Shown piece by piece: positions 50,795-59,653 of a DNA stretch of 64,000 nt. This DNA is from Polyangiaceae bacterium (GTDB lineage Bacteria > Myxococcota_A > Polyangia > Polyangiales > Polyangiaceae). The first letter of the stretch is position 1. Each line of letters opens with the position of its first letter. The stretch lies in contig JAPSGB010000010.1 in the NCBI GenBank assembly GCA_035063585.1, positions 60,020 to 124,019 on the forward strand, read 5' to 3'. Below the pieces are notes generated by a model, which saw only the letters and a program-made list of their open reading frames with translations, was not told the origin of the DNA and searched no databases. A program made the translations under genes and the position numbers.

Positions 50795-51441
50795 GGTTCA
50801 CCTCTGCGGCGCTTGCCGCGCTCGTGGTGGGTCGCGGGCTTGAACAGGCTCGCGCGCGCAATCCGCATGAGCTCGCGCTCGTAGCGCGCGCGGGCGTCGC
50901 TGCCCGGCGCGATGGCGGCGTCGAGCACCGACGCGCTGGCGGTCGCAGTGATGACGAGCTGCATGACGTGGAGGACGTAGACCTCCGGATCGACGTCGGC
51001 GTGGTGGTGCCCGGCCTCGCGCCCGCGGGTGATGTAGCTCGCCACCGCGTCGAGCCACGGGCGCACCGACTCCGCGAGGACCCGCTTCACCTCCGCGGGT
51101 CGGTCGAACGACTCGCGCACCAGGAGCCGCCCGCGATCGGGATCGGCGGCAAAGAAGCGATAGAGCTCACCGAGCACGGCGTCGAAGCGATCCTCGCTGG
51201 CCGCGGCGGCGAGCAGCACGCGCGGCAGCACGTCCCGCCAGTGATCGAGGATGACGTCGATGACCGCCTGGCGGAGCGCCTCCTTCGAGGAGAAGTGGTG
51301 GAGCACCGCCTGCTTGGTCACGCCGACCTCGTCGGCGATGAGCTGGAGCGAGGTGTCCCCGAACCCGCGCGCGGCGAACAGCCGCGTCGCCACATCGAGG
51401 ATGTGGGCGCGGGGGTCCGGAGCGGGCGCGGCGCTTACCAT
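50791..51441 (-). CDS. TetR-family transcriptional regulator
   Basis: ILDVATRLFAARGFGDTSLQLIADEVGVTKQAVLHHFSSKEAL. Confidence 0.95.
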   Translation of the reverse strand: MVSAAPAPDPRAHILDVATRLFAARGFGDTSLQLIADEVGVTKQAVLHHFSSKEALRQAVIDVILDHWRDVLPRVLLAAAASEDRFDAVLGELYRFFAADPDRGRLLVRESFDRPAEVKRVLAESVRPWLDAVASYITRGREAGHHHADVDPEVYVLHVMQLVITATASASVLDAAIAPGSDARARYERELMRIARASLFKPATHHERGKRRRGEP

Positions 51442-51457
51442 TCGAGAGGCGATTCCC

Positions 51458-51482
51458 TACCAAGTGGTAAGGGGCCCGTCAA
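51458..51482 (-). promoter_or_regulatory. Putative TetR operator TACCA-N2-TGGTA within the promoter (TTGACG -35)
   Basis: Palindrome at 51458-51469, TTGACG at 51477-51482 (minus strand), half-site TGGTAAG repeated at the start codon. Confidence 0.6.
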
Positions 51483-51560
51483 GGCCCATGGGCCGGATCT
51501 CGCGCGGGGCGGCATCCGCGCCTCCGAGGCGGCTCCTCATCCCCTCCCGCTGCCGTGTCG

Positions 51561-51637
51561 TGGCACGCCCGGCAGGATTCGAACCTGCGACCGGCGGATT
51601 AGAAATCCGCTGCTCTATCCAGCTGAGCTACGGGCGC
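51561..51637 (-). tRNA. tRNA-Arg (anticodon TCT)
   Basis: GCGCCCG-TAGCTCAGCTGGATAGAGC-A-GCGGA-TTTCTAA-TCCGC...GGTTCGAATCC..CGGGCGTG-CCA; 77 nt with encoded CCA. Confidence 0.97.
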
Positions 51638-51735
51638 GTGGCGCCCGCGCTCTCTAGCATGCTGCGCGGTCCGACAGTAGCGCGAGCCCGCGCCCGGAGC
51701 GCTCCGAGCGCGGGCTCTTCCGCGGGCGGCTAGCC

Positions 51736-52200
51736 CTAGAACGCGCCTTCGTTGATGACGCCGGTCGCCATCAGGATGCCAAAGATGATCGCGCCGACGA
51801 CCTCGAGCGCCATCAGCCCGAAGCCGATGAGGACCAGCATCCGCGCGGTGCCGATCTTCTGCTGCGCCGTCGCGACGTCGCCCTTGGAGAGCGCGTCCTT
51901 CGCGCTGCTCGCCATCATGATCGGGATGAGCGCGAGGATCCCGCAACCGCAGAAGAACGAGACGATCGACAGCGTGAACCACTTCTTGACGTGCGCCTCC
52001 AAATCGGGCGGACCGCCGCCGGGAGGGCCGCCGAAACCCGGCGCGCCACCGGGCGGAGCGCCGTAAGGAGGAGCGCCGCCGGGCGGCGCGCCGTAAGGAG
52101 GAGCGCCACCGGGCGGGGCGCCGTAAGGAGGAGCGCCGCCAGGGGGAGCGCCGAAGGGGGGAGCACCGGGAGGACCGCCGGGAGGAATGTATCCAGCCAT
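51736..52200 (-). CDS. CD225/dispanin-like membrane protein with Pro/Gly-rich N-terminus
   Basis: LSIVSFFCGCGILALIPI...GDVATAQQK...ARML plus a second TM; GAPPYGAPPG repeats. Confidence 0.75.
   Translation of the reverse strand: MAGYIPPGGPPGAPPFGAPPGGAPPYGAPPGGAPPYGAPPGGAPPYGAPPGGAPGFGGPPGGGPPDLEAHVKKWFTLSIVSFFCGCGILALIPIMMASSAKDALSKGDVATAQQKIGTARMLVLIGFGLMALEVVGAIIFGILMATGVINEGAF
52040..52170 (-). repeat. Imperfect 30-bp tandem repeat encoding GAPP(Y/F)GAPPG, about 4 copies
   Basis: Directly visible (GGCGCCGTAAGGAGGAGCGCC on + strand). Confidence 0.85.
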
Positions 52201-52359
52201 GTTGCTCGTCACCTTACAGGGGCTCCCGCGGAACGGGAAGGGAATAGCAGAGGGGCCCCGCGGGCTCGGAGCCGAGCTCGTTCGGCCCGGCCGATTCGAT
52301 GGTGAATCGAGAGAGGGTACCGGCCAGGCGCCGAACCCGGCGGACCCGCGGCCCGCCGC

Positions 52360-53130
52360 TCAGACCCGCTCGGGCGGGTCGAACGCCTGCCCGTCGCGCT
52401 CCTTCAGTTGCTCCGAGGTCTGCCCGAAGCGCCGCTCCTTGCGGCCGTAGCCGGCGATCGCGTCGAGCAGGGTCTGCGGGCGGAAATCCGGCCACATGAT
52501 GGGCAGGAACGCGAGCTCGGCGTAGGCCGCCTCGAAGAGGAGGAAATCGCTCAGCCGACTCTCGCCGCCGGTGCGGAGCAACAGATCGACGTCCGGCAAG
52601 CTGGCCGTCGACATTTCCCGGTGGAAAAACGACTCGTCGATCTCCTCGGGCAGCACCAACCCCGCGCGAGCGCGGACCGCGAGCGCCCGCGCCGCCTCTA
52701 CGATGTCCGTGCGCCCGCCGTAGGAGAGCGCGAGGGTGAGCGTCATGCGATCGCCGTCGGCGGTGTAGCGCATGAGATCTTCGACCGCCGCGCGCGTCTC
52801 GGTGGGGAGCTCTTCGAGCTGGCCGATGACGTTCAGCCGGATGCCGTTCTGGCGCAGCTCGGGGCGCTCGCGCTTGGCGAAATCCACTAGAAGCCGCATG
52901 AGCGCCTGCACCTCGGCCGGAGGCCGCGCCCAGTTGGCGACGCTGAACGCGTACAGGGTGAGATACTCGACGCCGGCGCGCGCGGCCGTCTCGACCGCGT
53001 CGCGTACCGCGCGCGCGCCCTCGGCGTGCCCGTCGGCGCGCTCGAGCCCGCGGGCCTTCGCCCAGCGGCCGTTGCCGTCCATGATGATCGCGACGTGGCG
53101 CGGGATGATGGGGTCTCGTTCGTTGTCCAA
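52360..53130 (-). CDS. uppS: Undecaprenyl diphosphate synthase
   Basis: PRHVAIIMDGNGRWA, YAFSVANW, YGGR, RTGGESRLSDFLL, WPDF, ERRFG. Confidence 0.97.
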   Translation of the reverse strand: MDNERDPIIPRHVAIIMDGNGRWAKARGLERADGHAEGARAVRDAVETAARAGVEYLTLYAFSVANWARPPAEVQALMRLLVDFAKRERPELRQNGIRLNVIGQLEELPTETRAAVEDLMRYTADGDRMTLTLALSYGGRTDIVEAARALAVRARAGLVLPEEIDESFFHREMSTASLPDVDLLLRTGGESRLSDFLLFEAAYAELAFLPIMWPDFRPQTLLDAIAGYGRKERRFGQTSEQLKERDGQAFDPPERV

Positions 53131-53311
53131 GGTGGGCCTCTCACGGCTTCGGAAAGCCAGCTCGACGACCGAGAACCTGCCAGAGCCGCGAGCAGCTACC
53201 GCGCAGCGTGTGTGGAAGTTCCATGGAGAACGCGGCGCGCGAGCGCCGGTCGTCCGGCCAGCGCGGTTCCGCGCCGCACAGGAAAACCTAATGATAACGG
53301 AAAGTTATGTG

Positions 53312-54781
53312 TCAGCTGTCGAGCGGCGGGTCGGGCGCGGGGTGGCGCGGCTCGCTCGACAGCTCGACCGCCTCCCGGAGCTGCTCGGCGGTGCTGCGGC
53401 GCGCGGGAGGTAGCGCGACGCGGAAGCGGACCTCGGGCGGGCCGGCGCTCGCGAGCTCCACCGAGCCGCCGTGCGACTCGACCACCGCGCGCACGATGGC
53501 GAGCCCGAGCCCGGTGCCGCCCCGGCTCGCGCGGGTGGTGACGAAGCGGCGGAAGAGGCGCGGCTTCACGTGGCGCTCGATGGCGCCCGCGCTGGTCACG
53601 GTGAGCGTCACCTGCGCCTCCTCGCGGCACACCGAGACGCGCACCGGGCTGCCCTCCGTCGAGTGCACGAGCGCGTTGTCGAGCAGGTTGCCGACCGCGC
53701 GGGTGAGCCAGACGAGGTCGCCTCGCACGCGCGTGTCGCCGCTCGAACCGAGCGTGACGCGCCCGCCGTGCGCCGAGGCCTCGAGCGCGGTGCGCGCGAT
53801 CGCTGCGAGCTCCACCGGCTCCGCGCTCTCGACGCCGCGCGCCTCGATGCGCGCGAGGCCGAGCAGATCGCCGAGCAGTCGCTCGATGCGCCCGGAGGCC
53901 TCACGGATCCGCCCGACGAAGCGGCGCGCCTCCTCGGGCTCCTCGAGCGCACCCTCTTCGAGGAGCTCGGCGCTCGCGCGGATCGCCGCCACCGGGTTCT
54001 TGAGCTCGTGCGAGAGATCCGCGGCGAACGCCTCGACGAAGGGGCGCCCCTCGAGCTGGCGCCGCATGGAGTCGATGCTGCGGGTGAGGCGGGTCACCTC
54101 ACGACCGAAGGGCGCGGGCGGCGAGGCGACCCGCTCGCCGGTGCTGACGCGCTCGGCGAAGATGGCGAGGCGCTCGAGCGGGTGCGCGATGGCGCGGCCG
54201 ATGAATCCGGCGGCGAGCCCGGCGGCGGCGCCGAGCACCAGGCTGATGACGAGCACCGTCGGCGCGAAATCCGCGAGGAGCCGCCGCATGACCACGGTAG
54301 GCTTCACGACTCGCACGGCGCCCACGGTGCGCGGGCCGACCAAGATCGGGTGATCGACCGCGACCGTGCCCGGCTCGTGCACGGCGCTCGCCTGGCCGCG
54401 CGGGAAGAGCACGCGCCCGTCGTCGTCGAGGAGCTCGAGCCGGAGATCGGCCCCGCGCCTCCGCTCCTGCTCGAGGCGCTCGGCGATCTCCCCGATGTGG
54501 ACGCCGCTCCGCACCATCTCGCCCTCGATGATGCCGGAGATGCTGGTGGCCTCGTCGGTGGCCGCCTGCATCGCGATCCGCACCGCGCGGGCCTCGATGC
54601 GGTCGATCACCATGAGGCCGAGGCCGAACGCAAACGCGCCCATCACGACCGCGAGCGCGATGAACACCTGCATACGGATCGACATGCCGCGCGTGCGGGT
54701 GAGCAGCAGGCGCGATACCACGAAGGCGACGAACAGGATGAAGCCGATCGAGGCGGCCGCGACGATGATGAGGCGAGTCAC
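53312..54781 (-). CDS. Sensor histidine kinase (CreC-like, HAMP)
   Basis: TM segments, DLSHELKNPVAAIRASAELL, NLLDNA, GTGLGL; GTGA overlap with the regulator gene. Confidence 0.92.
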   Translation of the reverse strand: MTRLIIVAAASIGFILFVAFVVSRLLLTRTRGMSIRMQVFIALAVVMGAFAFGLGLMVIDRIEARAVRIAMQAATDEATSISGIIEGEMVRSGVHIGEIAERLEQERRRGADLRLELLDDDGRVLFPRGQASAVHEPGTVAVDHPILVGPRTVGAVRVVKPTVVMRRLLADFAPTVLVISLVLGAAAGLAAGFIGRAIAHPLERLAIFAERVSTGERVASPPAPFGREVTRLTRSIDSMRRQLEGRPFVEAFAADLSHELKNPVAAIRASAELLEEGALEEPEEARRFVGRIREASGRIERLLGDLLGLARIEARGVESAEPVELAAIARTALEASAHGGRVTLGSSGDTRVRGDLVWLTRAVGNLLDNALVHSTEGSPVRVSVCREEAQVTLTVTSAGAIERHVKPRLFRRFVTTRASRGGTGLGLAIVRAVVESHGGSVELASAGPPEVRFRVALPPARRSTAEQLREAVELSSEPRHPAPDPPLDS

Positions 54782-55485
54782 GGGTCGTCGCTCGCCGGCT
54801 CGTCGGTCACGCGGTAGCCGACCCCGCGCACCGTCTCGATGAGCCCCGGATCGCCGCCTGCCTCGGCCACCTTCTTGCGGAGCGCCTTCACGTGCGAGTC
54901 GACCGTGCGATCGGTGATCGCGAAGCCGTCGCCCCACACGCGATCGATGAGCTGCGCCCGCGTGTACACGCGCCCGGGCGTCTCGAGCAGGCTCGAGAGC
55001 AGCGCGAACTCGACCCGGGTGAGCTCGAGCGCGGCGCCGCTCACCTGCGCGCGCCGCGTGGCCTCGTCCACCGAGAGCGCCGGGGCCGCGGCCTCGAGGG
55101 GGGGGCGGTGCGGCGCGGCCGGCGGCGCCGCGCGCCGGAGCACCGCGCGCACGCGCGCCACGATTTCGCGCGGCGAGAAGGGCTTGGTCACGTAGTCGTC
55201 TGCGCCCGTCTCGAGCGCCGCCACGCGGTCCGCCTCGCTGTCGCGGCTCGAGAGCACGATGACCGGCGTGGCTCCGCCGTGGTGACGGAGCGAGCGGATG
55301 AGGTCGAAGCCGCTTCCGTCGGGGAGCATGAGGTCGAGCACGATGAGGTCGGCGTCCGGTGCGGCGCGAGCCGCCTCGTCGCGGCTCGACGCGGTGACGG
55401 TGAGAAATCCATCGCGGCGGAGCGCATAGCCGACCGTCTCGAGGATGGCCGGCTCGTCGTCCACGATGAGGATGCGCTGCGCCAC
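54778..55485 (-). CDS. OmpR-family response regulator (CreB-like)
   Basis: ILIVDDE, VLDLMLPD, GADDYVTKPFSPRE, LTRVEF, DRTVDSHVKALRKK, TVRGVGY. Confidence 0.95.
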   Translation of the reverse strand: MAQRILIVDDEPAILETVGYALRRDGFLTVTASSRDEAARAAPDADLIVLDLMLPDGSGFDLIRSLRHHGGATPVIVLSSRDSEADRVAALETGADDYVTKPFSPREIVARVRAVLRRAAPPAAPHRPPLEAAAPALSVDEATRRAQVSGAALELTRVEFALLSSLLETPGRVYTRAQLIDRVWGDGFAITDRTVDSHVKALRKKVAEAGGDPGLIETVRGVGYRVTDEPASDDP

Positions 55486-55634
55486 GGGTGAGCGAGAAGG
55501 TAGCACTCGCGCTCACGGAGAGGAGAGAACGCACGGGAGGGGCTTGCGCGCGGCGCGGCGCGGGCGGACCATCTCCTCACGGGCCCCGGCGCGCGAGTGA
55601 CCTGGGTTCGAAACCCCGAGCGGCGAGGTCGAAC

Positions 55635-56744
55635 ATGACGAACGGTGGGCGCTTCGATCGAGTGTTGAGCGGCGCGGTGGTCACCGCCGTGCTCGGCTTG
55701 CTGGGCGCGAGCTTGGTGCAGTGCTCTGCGGCCGAGGGCGGCTCGCAGGTGGGCGGCGGCGCGGCGAACGGCGCGGGCGGCGGCGCGGCGAGCGGCGCGG
55801 GCGGCGGCGCGGCGAGCGGCGCGGGCGCGAACGGTGGCAACACCGGGATCGACGTGCAGGGCGGGCAAGACTACAACGCCGACGCGTTCTTCGTGAACGA
55901 TCCGCCGCCGCCGAGCTGCAACGACGCGGGCGCGCAGCCGAAGGTCCCCGGCGGCACCCCGGAGTGTCCCGACGACAAGAACCTCGAGGGGTGCCCGTGC
56001 ACCCACGCGGGCGAGACGGCGGCCTGCTGGCCCGGGTATCGGCGCAACCGCAACCACGGCGCTTGCCAGGACGGGCACACGACGTGTCGCGCCGCGGGCG
56101 AGAACGCGCTCGCGTGGGGTCCCTGCGAGGGCTACGGCGGCATCGACCCGAACACCGGTGAGCCCCTCGGCTCGTCCGGTAAGGCCGCGTGCACTTGCTT
56201 CAGCAGCGGGTACTGGAAGCTCGCCAACATGAGCCCGTGCTTCTACACGTCGAGCGGGAACCAGGTGTCATTCGCGGTCTCGACCGTGGACACCGGCGGC
56301 GGCGTGTACCAGTGCCCGCAGGGGATGACGGCCGGCTCGCCGGCGCCGGCCCTCTTCACGCCGGACACGGTGACCGCCGACTGCACCGGGTATTTCAAGC
56401 TCTGCTACACCTTCAAGGCGCGCGCGACGCTGAACGGTTCGCCTCAGCCGACCGACTGCACCATGAAGCGGATCTGCACCGAGGCGTACTACGGAGCCGC
56501 CAACCAGGAGCAGGATTTTCCGCCGCTGCCCGGCTGGATCACGAGCGGCGCCGAGACCTCCTGCGCGCAAGCGTTCGTGAGCAACGGCGGCTACGCCGAG
56601 ATGAGCGTCGAGGGCACCAGCGACGAGTGCGATCGGGTCGACAAGGTCTTCCAGACGGTGACCTACTGCCCCTTCAAGTGCGCGCAGAACCCGAGCGACC
56701 CCGACTGCGCGAGCTGCACGAACGGCGGCGGCGGCGCGTTCTAG
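55635..56744 (+). CDS. Cys-rich secreted protein or lipoprotein
   Basis: Hydrophobic signal ending LVQC-S, Gly/Ala linker, roughly 20 Cys; ATG at 55635. Confidence 0.8.
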   Translation: MTNGGRFDRVLSGAVVTAVLGLLGASLVQCSAAEGGSQVGGGAANGAGGGAASGAGGGAASGAGANGGNTGIDVQGGQDYNADAFFVNDPPPPSCNDAGAQPKVPGGTPECPDDKNLEGCPCTHAGETAACWPGYRRNRNHGACQDGHTTCRAAGENALAWGPCEGYGGIDPNTGEPLGSSGKAACTCFSSGYWKLANMSPCFYTSSGNQVSFAVSTVDTGGGVYQCPQGMTAGSPAPALFTPDTVTADCTGYFKLCYTFKARATLNGSPQPTDCTMKRICTEAYYGAANQEQDFPPLPGWITSGAETSCAQAFVSNGGYAEMSVEGTSDECDRVDKVFQTVTYCPFKCAQNPSDPDCASCTNGGGGAF

Positions 56745-56745
56745 G

Positions 56746-56788
56746 GCGAGGCGGGGCGCGCTCGCGCGAGACGAGCGCGCCGCCTCGC
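56746..56788. terminator. Stem-loop between convergent genes
   Basis: GCGAGGC-gg-GGCGCGCTCG-cgcgaga-CGAGCGCGCC-GCCTCGC. Confidence 0.55.
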
Positions 56789-56812
56789 GACGCCGGCCGC
56801 GCCGGACCGGCC

Positions 56813-57403
56813 TCACTCGCCCATGAACGCGCTGACGAGCTCGGGCACGCTCTGGGGGAGGCCGTCGAGCTGCTCGGGCGCCGGCTGGATCAGCGAGAAG
56901 TTCACCACCAGGCCCCCCGGGCGCACCTCGAGGTGGCCGGCGAAGCCCCAGCGCGCGAGCAACTGCCGCGCGGCGAGCGGGAACGCCGCGGCGGCCTCGC
57001 TCGACGAGGCGGCGAACGTCGTCAGGTGACGATCCCAGGTCGGGTCGCCGAGCGTGACGGTCGGCGGCGGTGGGTTCTCGAGGTAGGCGACGCGGGTGTT
57101 GAAGTGCTCGCCACTGCGCGCAGCCGCGCGGCGCCGGAACCCCGAGTGGACGACGAAGATCACCATCGTGCGCGCGAGCGGCTCGGCGTCCGGCGCCGCG
57201 TACCACGGCTCGGCGACCACCACCCCGCCCGCGCGGAGCGGCCACGAGACGCTGCTAAACCAGCTCTCGGGGCTCGTCATGGTGTCGTAGGGCTCCCAGG
57301 CGCGGAACCACTCGAGCGCGGGCACCGGCGACCACGAGAAGCCGCGCCGGCGCGCCCAGTCGCCGATGCGCTCCGAGCCGGGCGGCAGCCGAGGGACCTC
57401 CAT
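56813..57403 (-). CDS. Hypothetical protein (196 aa)
   Basis: ORF with good codon bias and Trp-rich globular composition. Confidence 0.7.
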   Translation of the reverse strand: MEVPRLPPGSERIGDWARRRGFSWSPVPALEWFRAWEPYDTMTSPESWFSSVSWPLRAGGVVVAEPWYAAPDAEPLARTMVIFVVHSGFRRRAAARSGEHFNTRVAYLENPPPPTVTLGDPTWDRHLTTFAASSSEAAAAFPLAARQLLARWGFAGHLEVRPGGLVVNFSLIQPAPEQLDGLPQSVPELVSAFMGE

Positions 57404-57469
57404 GACGCCGACTTAGCACGGCGCCGCGCCGGCTTGACGGCCCCGCGCGGGCGCGGGTACCACCGAGGG

Positions 57470-59089
57470 GTGAAAGCCGCCCGCCAGCTCACCGCTCGCA
57501 TCTTCCTCGGCGCCACCCTCGCGTGCGGCGCGCTCGCGGCGTGCGGCGGCGCGCAAGAGTCGCCTGCCGACGCCACCAAGCAAGAAGATGAGGGCAAGGC
57601 TGCGCGCCAGCTCGCCCGCGCCCGTGAGTCGAAGAACCCCGATCGATACCGCGAGCTCATCGCGCGCTTCGGCGACACCAAGGCCGCGGTGGACGCGAAA
57701 GACGAGCTCGCCGCGATCCTCGTCGAGCAGGCCGAAGCGGCCATGACCAAGAAGGACTGGCGCGCCGCCGAGTCGCTCGCCGAGGAGGCGCGGCAGTACG
57801 CCGGTCTCGAGCTGACTCGCCGCGCCATCGCGGTCGAGGACGAGATCGACCAGACCCACGCGGCGCACGTCGCCGAGGCCGCCGAGGCGCTCGCCAAGGA
57901 GGGGAAATGCGCGAGCGCCGCCAAGACGGTGGCGGCTCCGCTCCGGAAGAAGCCGCGCGCCGCCTTCAAAGGACGGCTCCAGAAGCTCGCCGGGCCGCCG
58001 CTCGTCGACTGCTACGCGAAGAAGCTCGCGGAGGAGATCGATCAGGGGAATCTCGACCCGGCGCGCGCGATGCTCGCGACGCCCGACGCCACCACCGCCC
58101 TGTCGAAGCCGCACTACGACGCCGCGCAGGCTGCGCTCCAGAAGCTCATCGTCAAGCGCAGCACCAGCCAGATCCAGCCGATGCTCGCCGCCCAGGACTG
58201 GACGGGCGCGCTCGCCGAGCTCGACGCGCTCGAGAAGGCCGGCAAGCTCGACGCGAAGGAGCACCGCGTCGCGATCGGGGTGGTGCAAGACGCCATCCTG
58301 GAGAGCCTCCTCGTGCGCGCCAAGGCCGGCCTCACCGCCGCGAAGCCGAGCGAGGTGCTCGAGAGATTCGACACCGACGTCTCCGTAGCGGCGTGGAAGC
58401 AGCTGCCCGCCGAGCTCACCGCCGCGCGCGCGCTGCTCACCATCGCGGTCGAGTGCGAGCGGCTGAAATGCAAGCCGGGCGCGCCCGCCAAGGTGTGGGC
58501 GTGGGGCTCGGTCGCCATCCACACCCCGGCGTCCGCGGAGGGTGAGACGGTCGCCACCGTCAAGCACGCCGAGCCCGCGTGGCTCCTCGCGAAGGGCGCG
58601 AAGTTCGCGCTGGTGGTCCGCGAAGATCCCGGCAAGCTCGCGCCCGGCGAGCTGTGGGCCAAGGCGGACGGTTGGGCCGCGCCCGAGCACTTGAAGCCCG
58701 CTGACACCGCGCTCTGGCTACCGCCGAGCGAGCAGCTGGTCGGCGTGCAGGTGTGGGGCCCGCTCCGTCCTCCGAGCAAGGACTACCACCTCGGCGTCGT
58801 GACCAAGGTGGATGGCAAGCAGGCCACCGTGCGGCGCATGGCCGACAGCCTCGAGCAGGCGGTGCCGCTCGCGAGCTTGCGGATCGGTAAGCTCATGAGC
58901 GGCACCAAGATCATGGCCTTCTGCGAGGACGAGCTGCACCCGTCGTCGGCCAAGATCGCCGGCGTCGTCACCGTCGAGGGAGGGGTGCCCAAGGTCAAGA
59001 TCGCGTGCGACAAGGGCGGCATCGAGCGCGTGGATCTGGGCGGCTCGATCACCAGCCGCGCCGAGTGGCTCCCCCCGCGCAGGCCGTGA
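57470..59089 (+). CDS. Lipoprotein with helical-repeat region and C-terminal SH3/Tudor-like beta domains
   Basis: LAAC-GG lipobox after GTG at 57470; GTGA overlap with sixA. Confidence 0.8.
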   Translation: MKAARQLTARIFLGATLACGALAACGGAQESPADATKQEDEGKAARQLARARESKNPDRYRELIARFGDTKAAVDAKDELAAILVEQAEAAMTKKDWRAAESLAEEARQYAGLELTRRAIAVEDEIDQTHAAHVAEAAEALAKEGKCASAAKTVAAPLRKKPRAAFKGRLQKLAGPPLVDCYAKKLAEEIDQGNLDPARAMLATPDATTALSKPHYDAAQAALQKLIVKRSTSQIQPMLAAQDWTGALAELDALEKAGKLDAKEHRVAIGVVQDAILESLLVRAKAGLTAAKPSEVLERFDTDVSVAAWKQLPAELTAARALLTIAVECERLKCKPGAPAKVWAWGSVAIHTPASAEGETVATVKHAEPAWLLAKGAKFALVVREDPGKLAPGELWAKADGWAAPEHLKPADTALWLPPSEQLVGVQVWGPLRPPSKDYHLGVVTKVDGKQATVRRMADSLEQAVPLASLRIGKLMSGTKIMAFCEDELHPSSAKIAGVVTVEGGVPKVKIACDKGGIERVDLGGSITSRAEWLPPRRP

Positions 59090-59577
59090 AGACGCTCCTC
59101 ATCATGCGACACGCCAAGGCGAGCCCGGACGGCGCCGCCGGCGGCGACCTCGCGCGCCCGCTCAGCCCGCGCGGCCTGAAGACCGCGCCGCGCGTCGGCG
59201 CTCAGCTCCGCGAGGCCGGGCTCACCCCCGACCGCGTGCTCGCCTCGCCGTCCGTGCGTACCCTCGAGACGGCGCGCGCGGTCAGCGCCGAGTGCCACTT
59301 CCTCGGCCCGATCGCCGCGCTCGACAGCCTCTATCTCGCCGAGCCGCGCGCCTACGTCGCCGCGCTCGCCCGCTTGCCGCGCGAGGTCCTCCGCCCGCTC
59401 GTCGTCGGGCACAACCCCGGCCTCGAGCAGCTCATCACGCTGCTCACCGGTCGCGGCGAGCACCTCAACCCGGGCGCGCTCGCCGTCGTCGACGTCGAGC
59501 TCGCGGACTGGACGGAGCTCTCCGCCGAGACGCACGCGACGCTCCGCGCGCTCTGGCGCCCGAACGAAGCGGACTGA
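59086..59577 (+). CDS. sixA: Phosphohistidine phosphatase SixA
   Basis: LLIMRHAKA, RPLSPRG, SPSVRTLET, VVGHNPG. Confidence 0.92.
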   Translation: MKTLLIMRHAKASPDGAAGGDLARPLSPRGLKTAPRVGAQLREAGLTPDRVLASPSVRTLETARAVSAECHFLGPIAALDSLYLAEPRAYVAALARLPREVLRPLVVGHNPGLEQLITLLTGRGEHLNPGALAVVDVELADWTELSAETHATLRALWRPNEAD

Positions 59578-59653
59578 CGCGAGCCCCGCGCGCGAACCGA
59601 GCCGGCCTCGCCCCGCGCGCAACCGGCCCGTGAGCTCGCCCGACCAGCGCTGC

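Noticed and set aside
42711..51637. Genomic island integrated at tRNA-Arg carrying the MTase and fatty-acid genes
   Set aside because: No integrase, no duplicated tRNA 3' end seen, and composition like the rest of the window
53141..53224. 27-codon ORF upstream of uppS as a leader peptide
   Set aside because: No RBS, atypical codon usage and no informative residue pattern
53284..53316. ATAA...TTATGT resembling a dif/XerCD site
   Set aside because: The spacer between ATAA and TTATG is 7 nt rather than 6 and the XerD arm (TTATGTGTCAG) deviates; kept only as a generic inverted repeat
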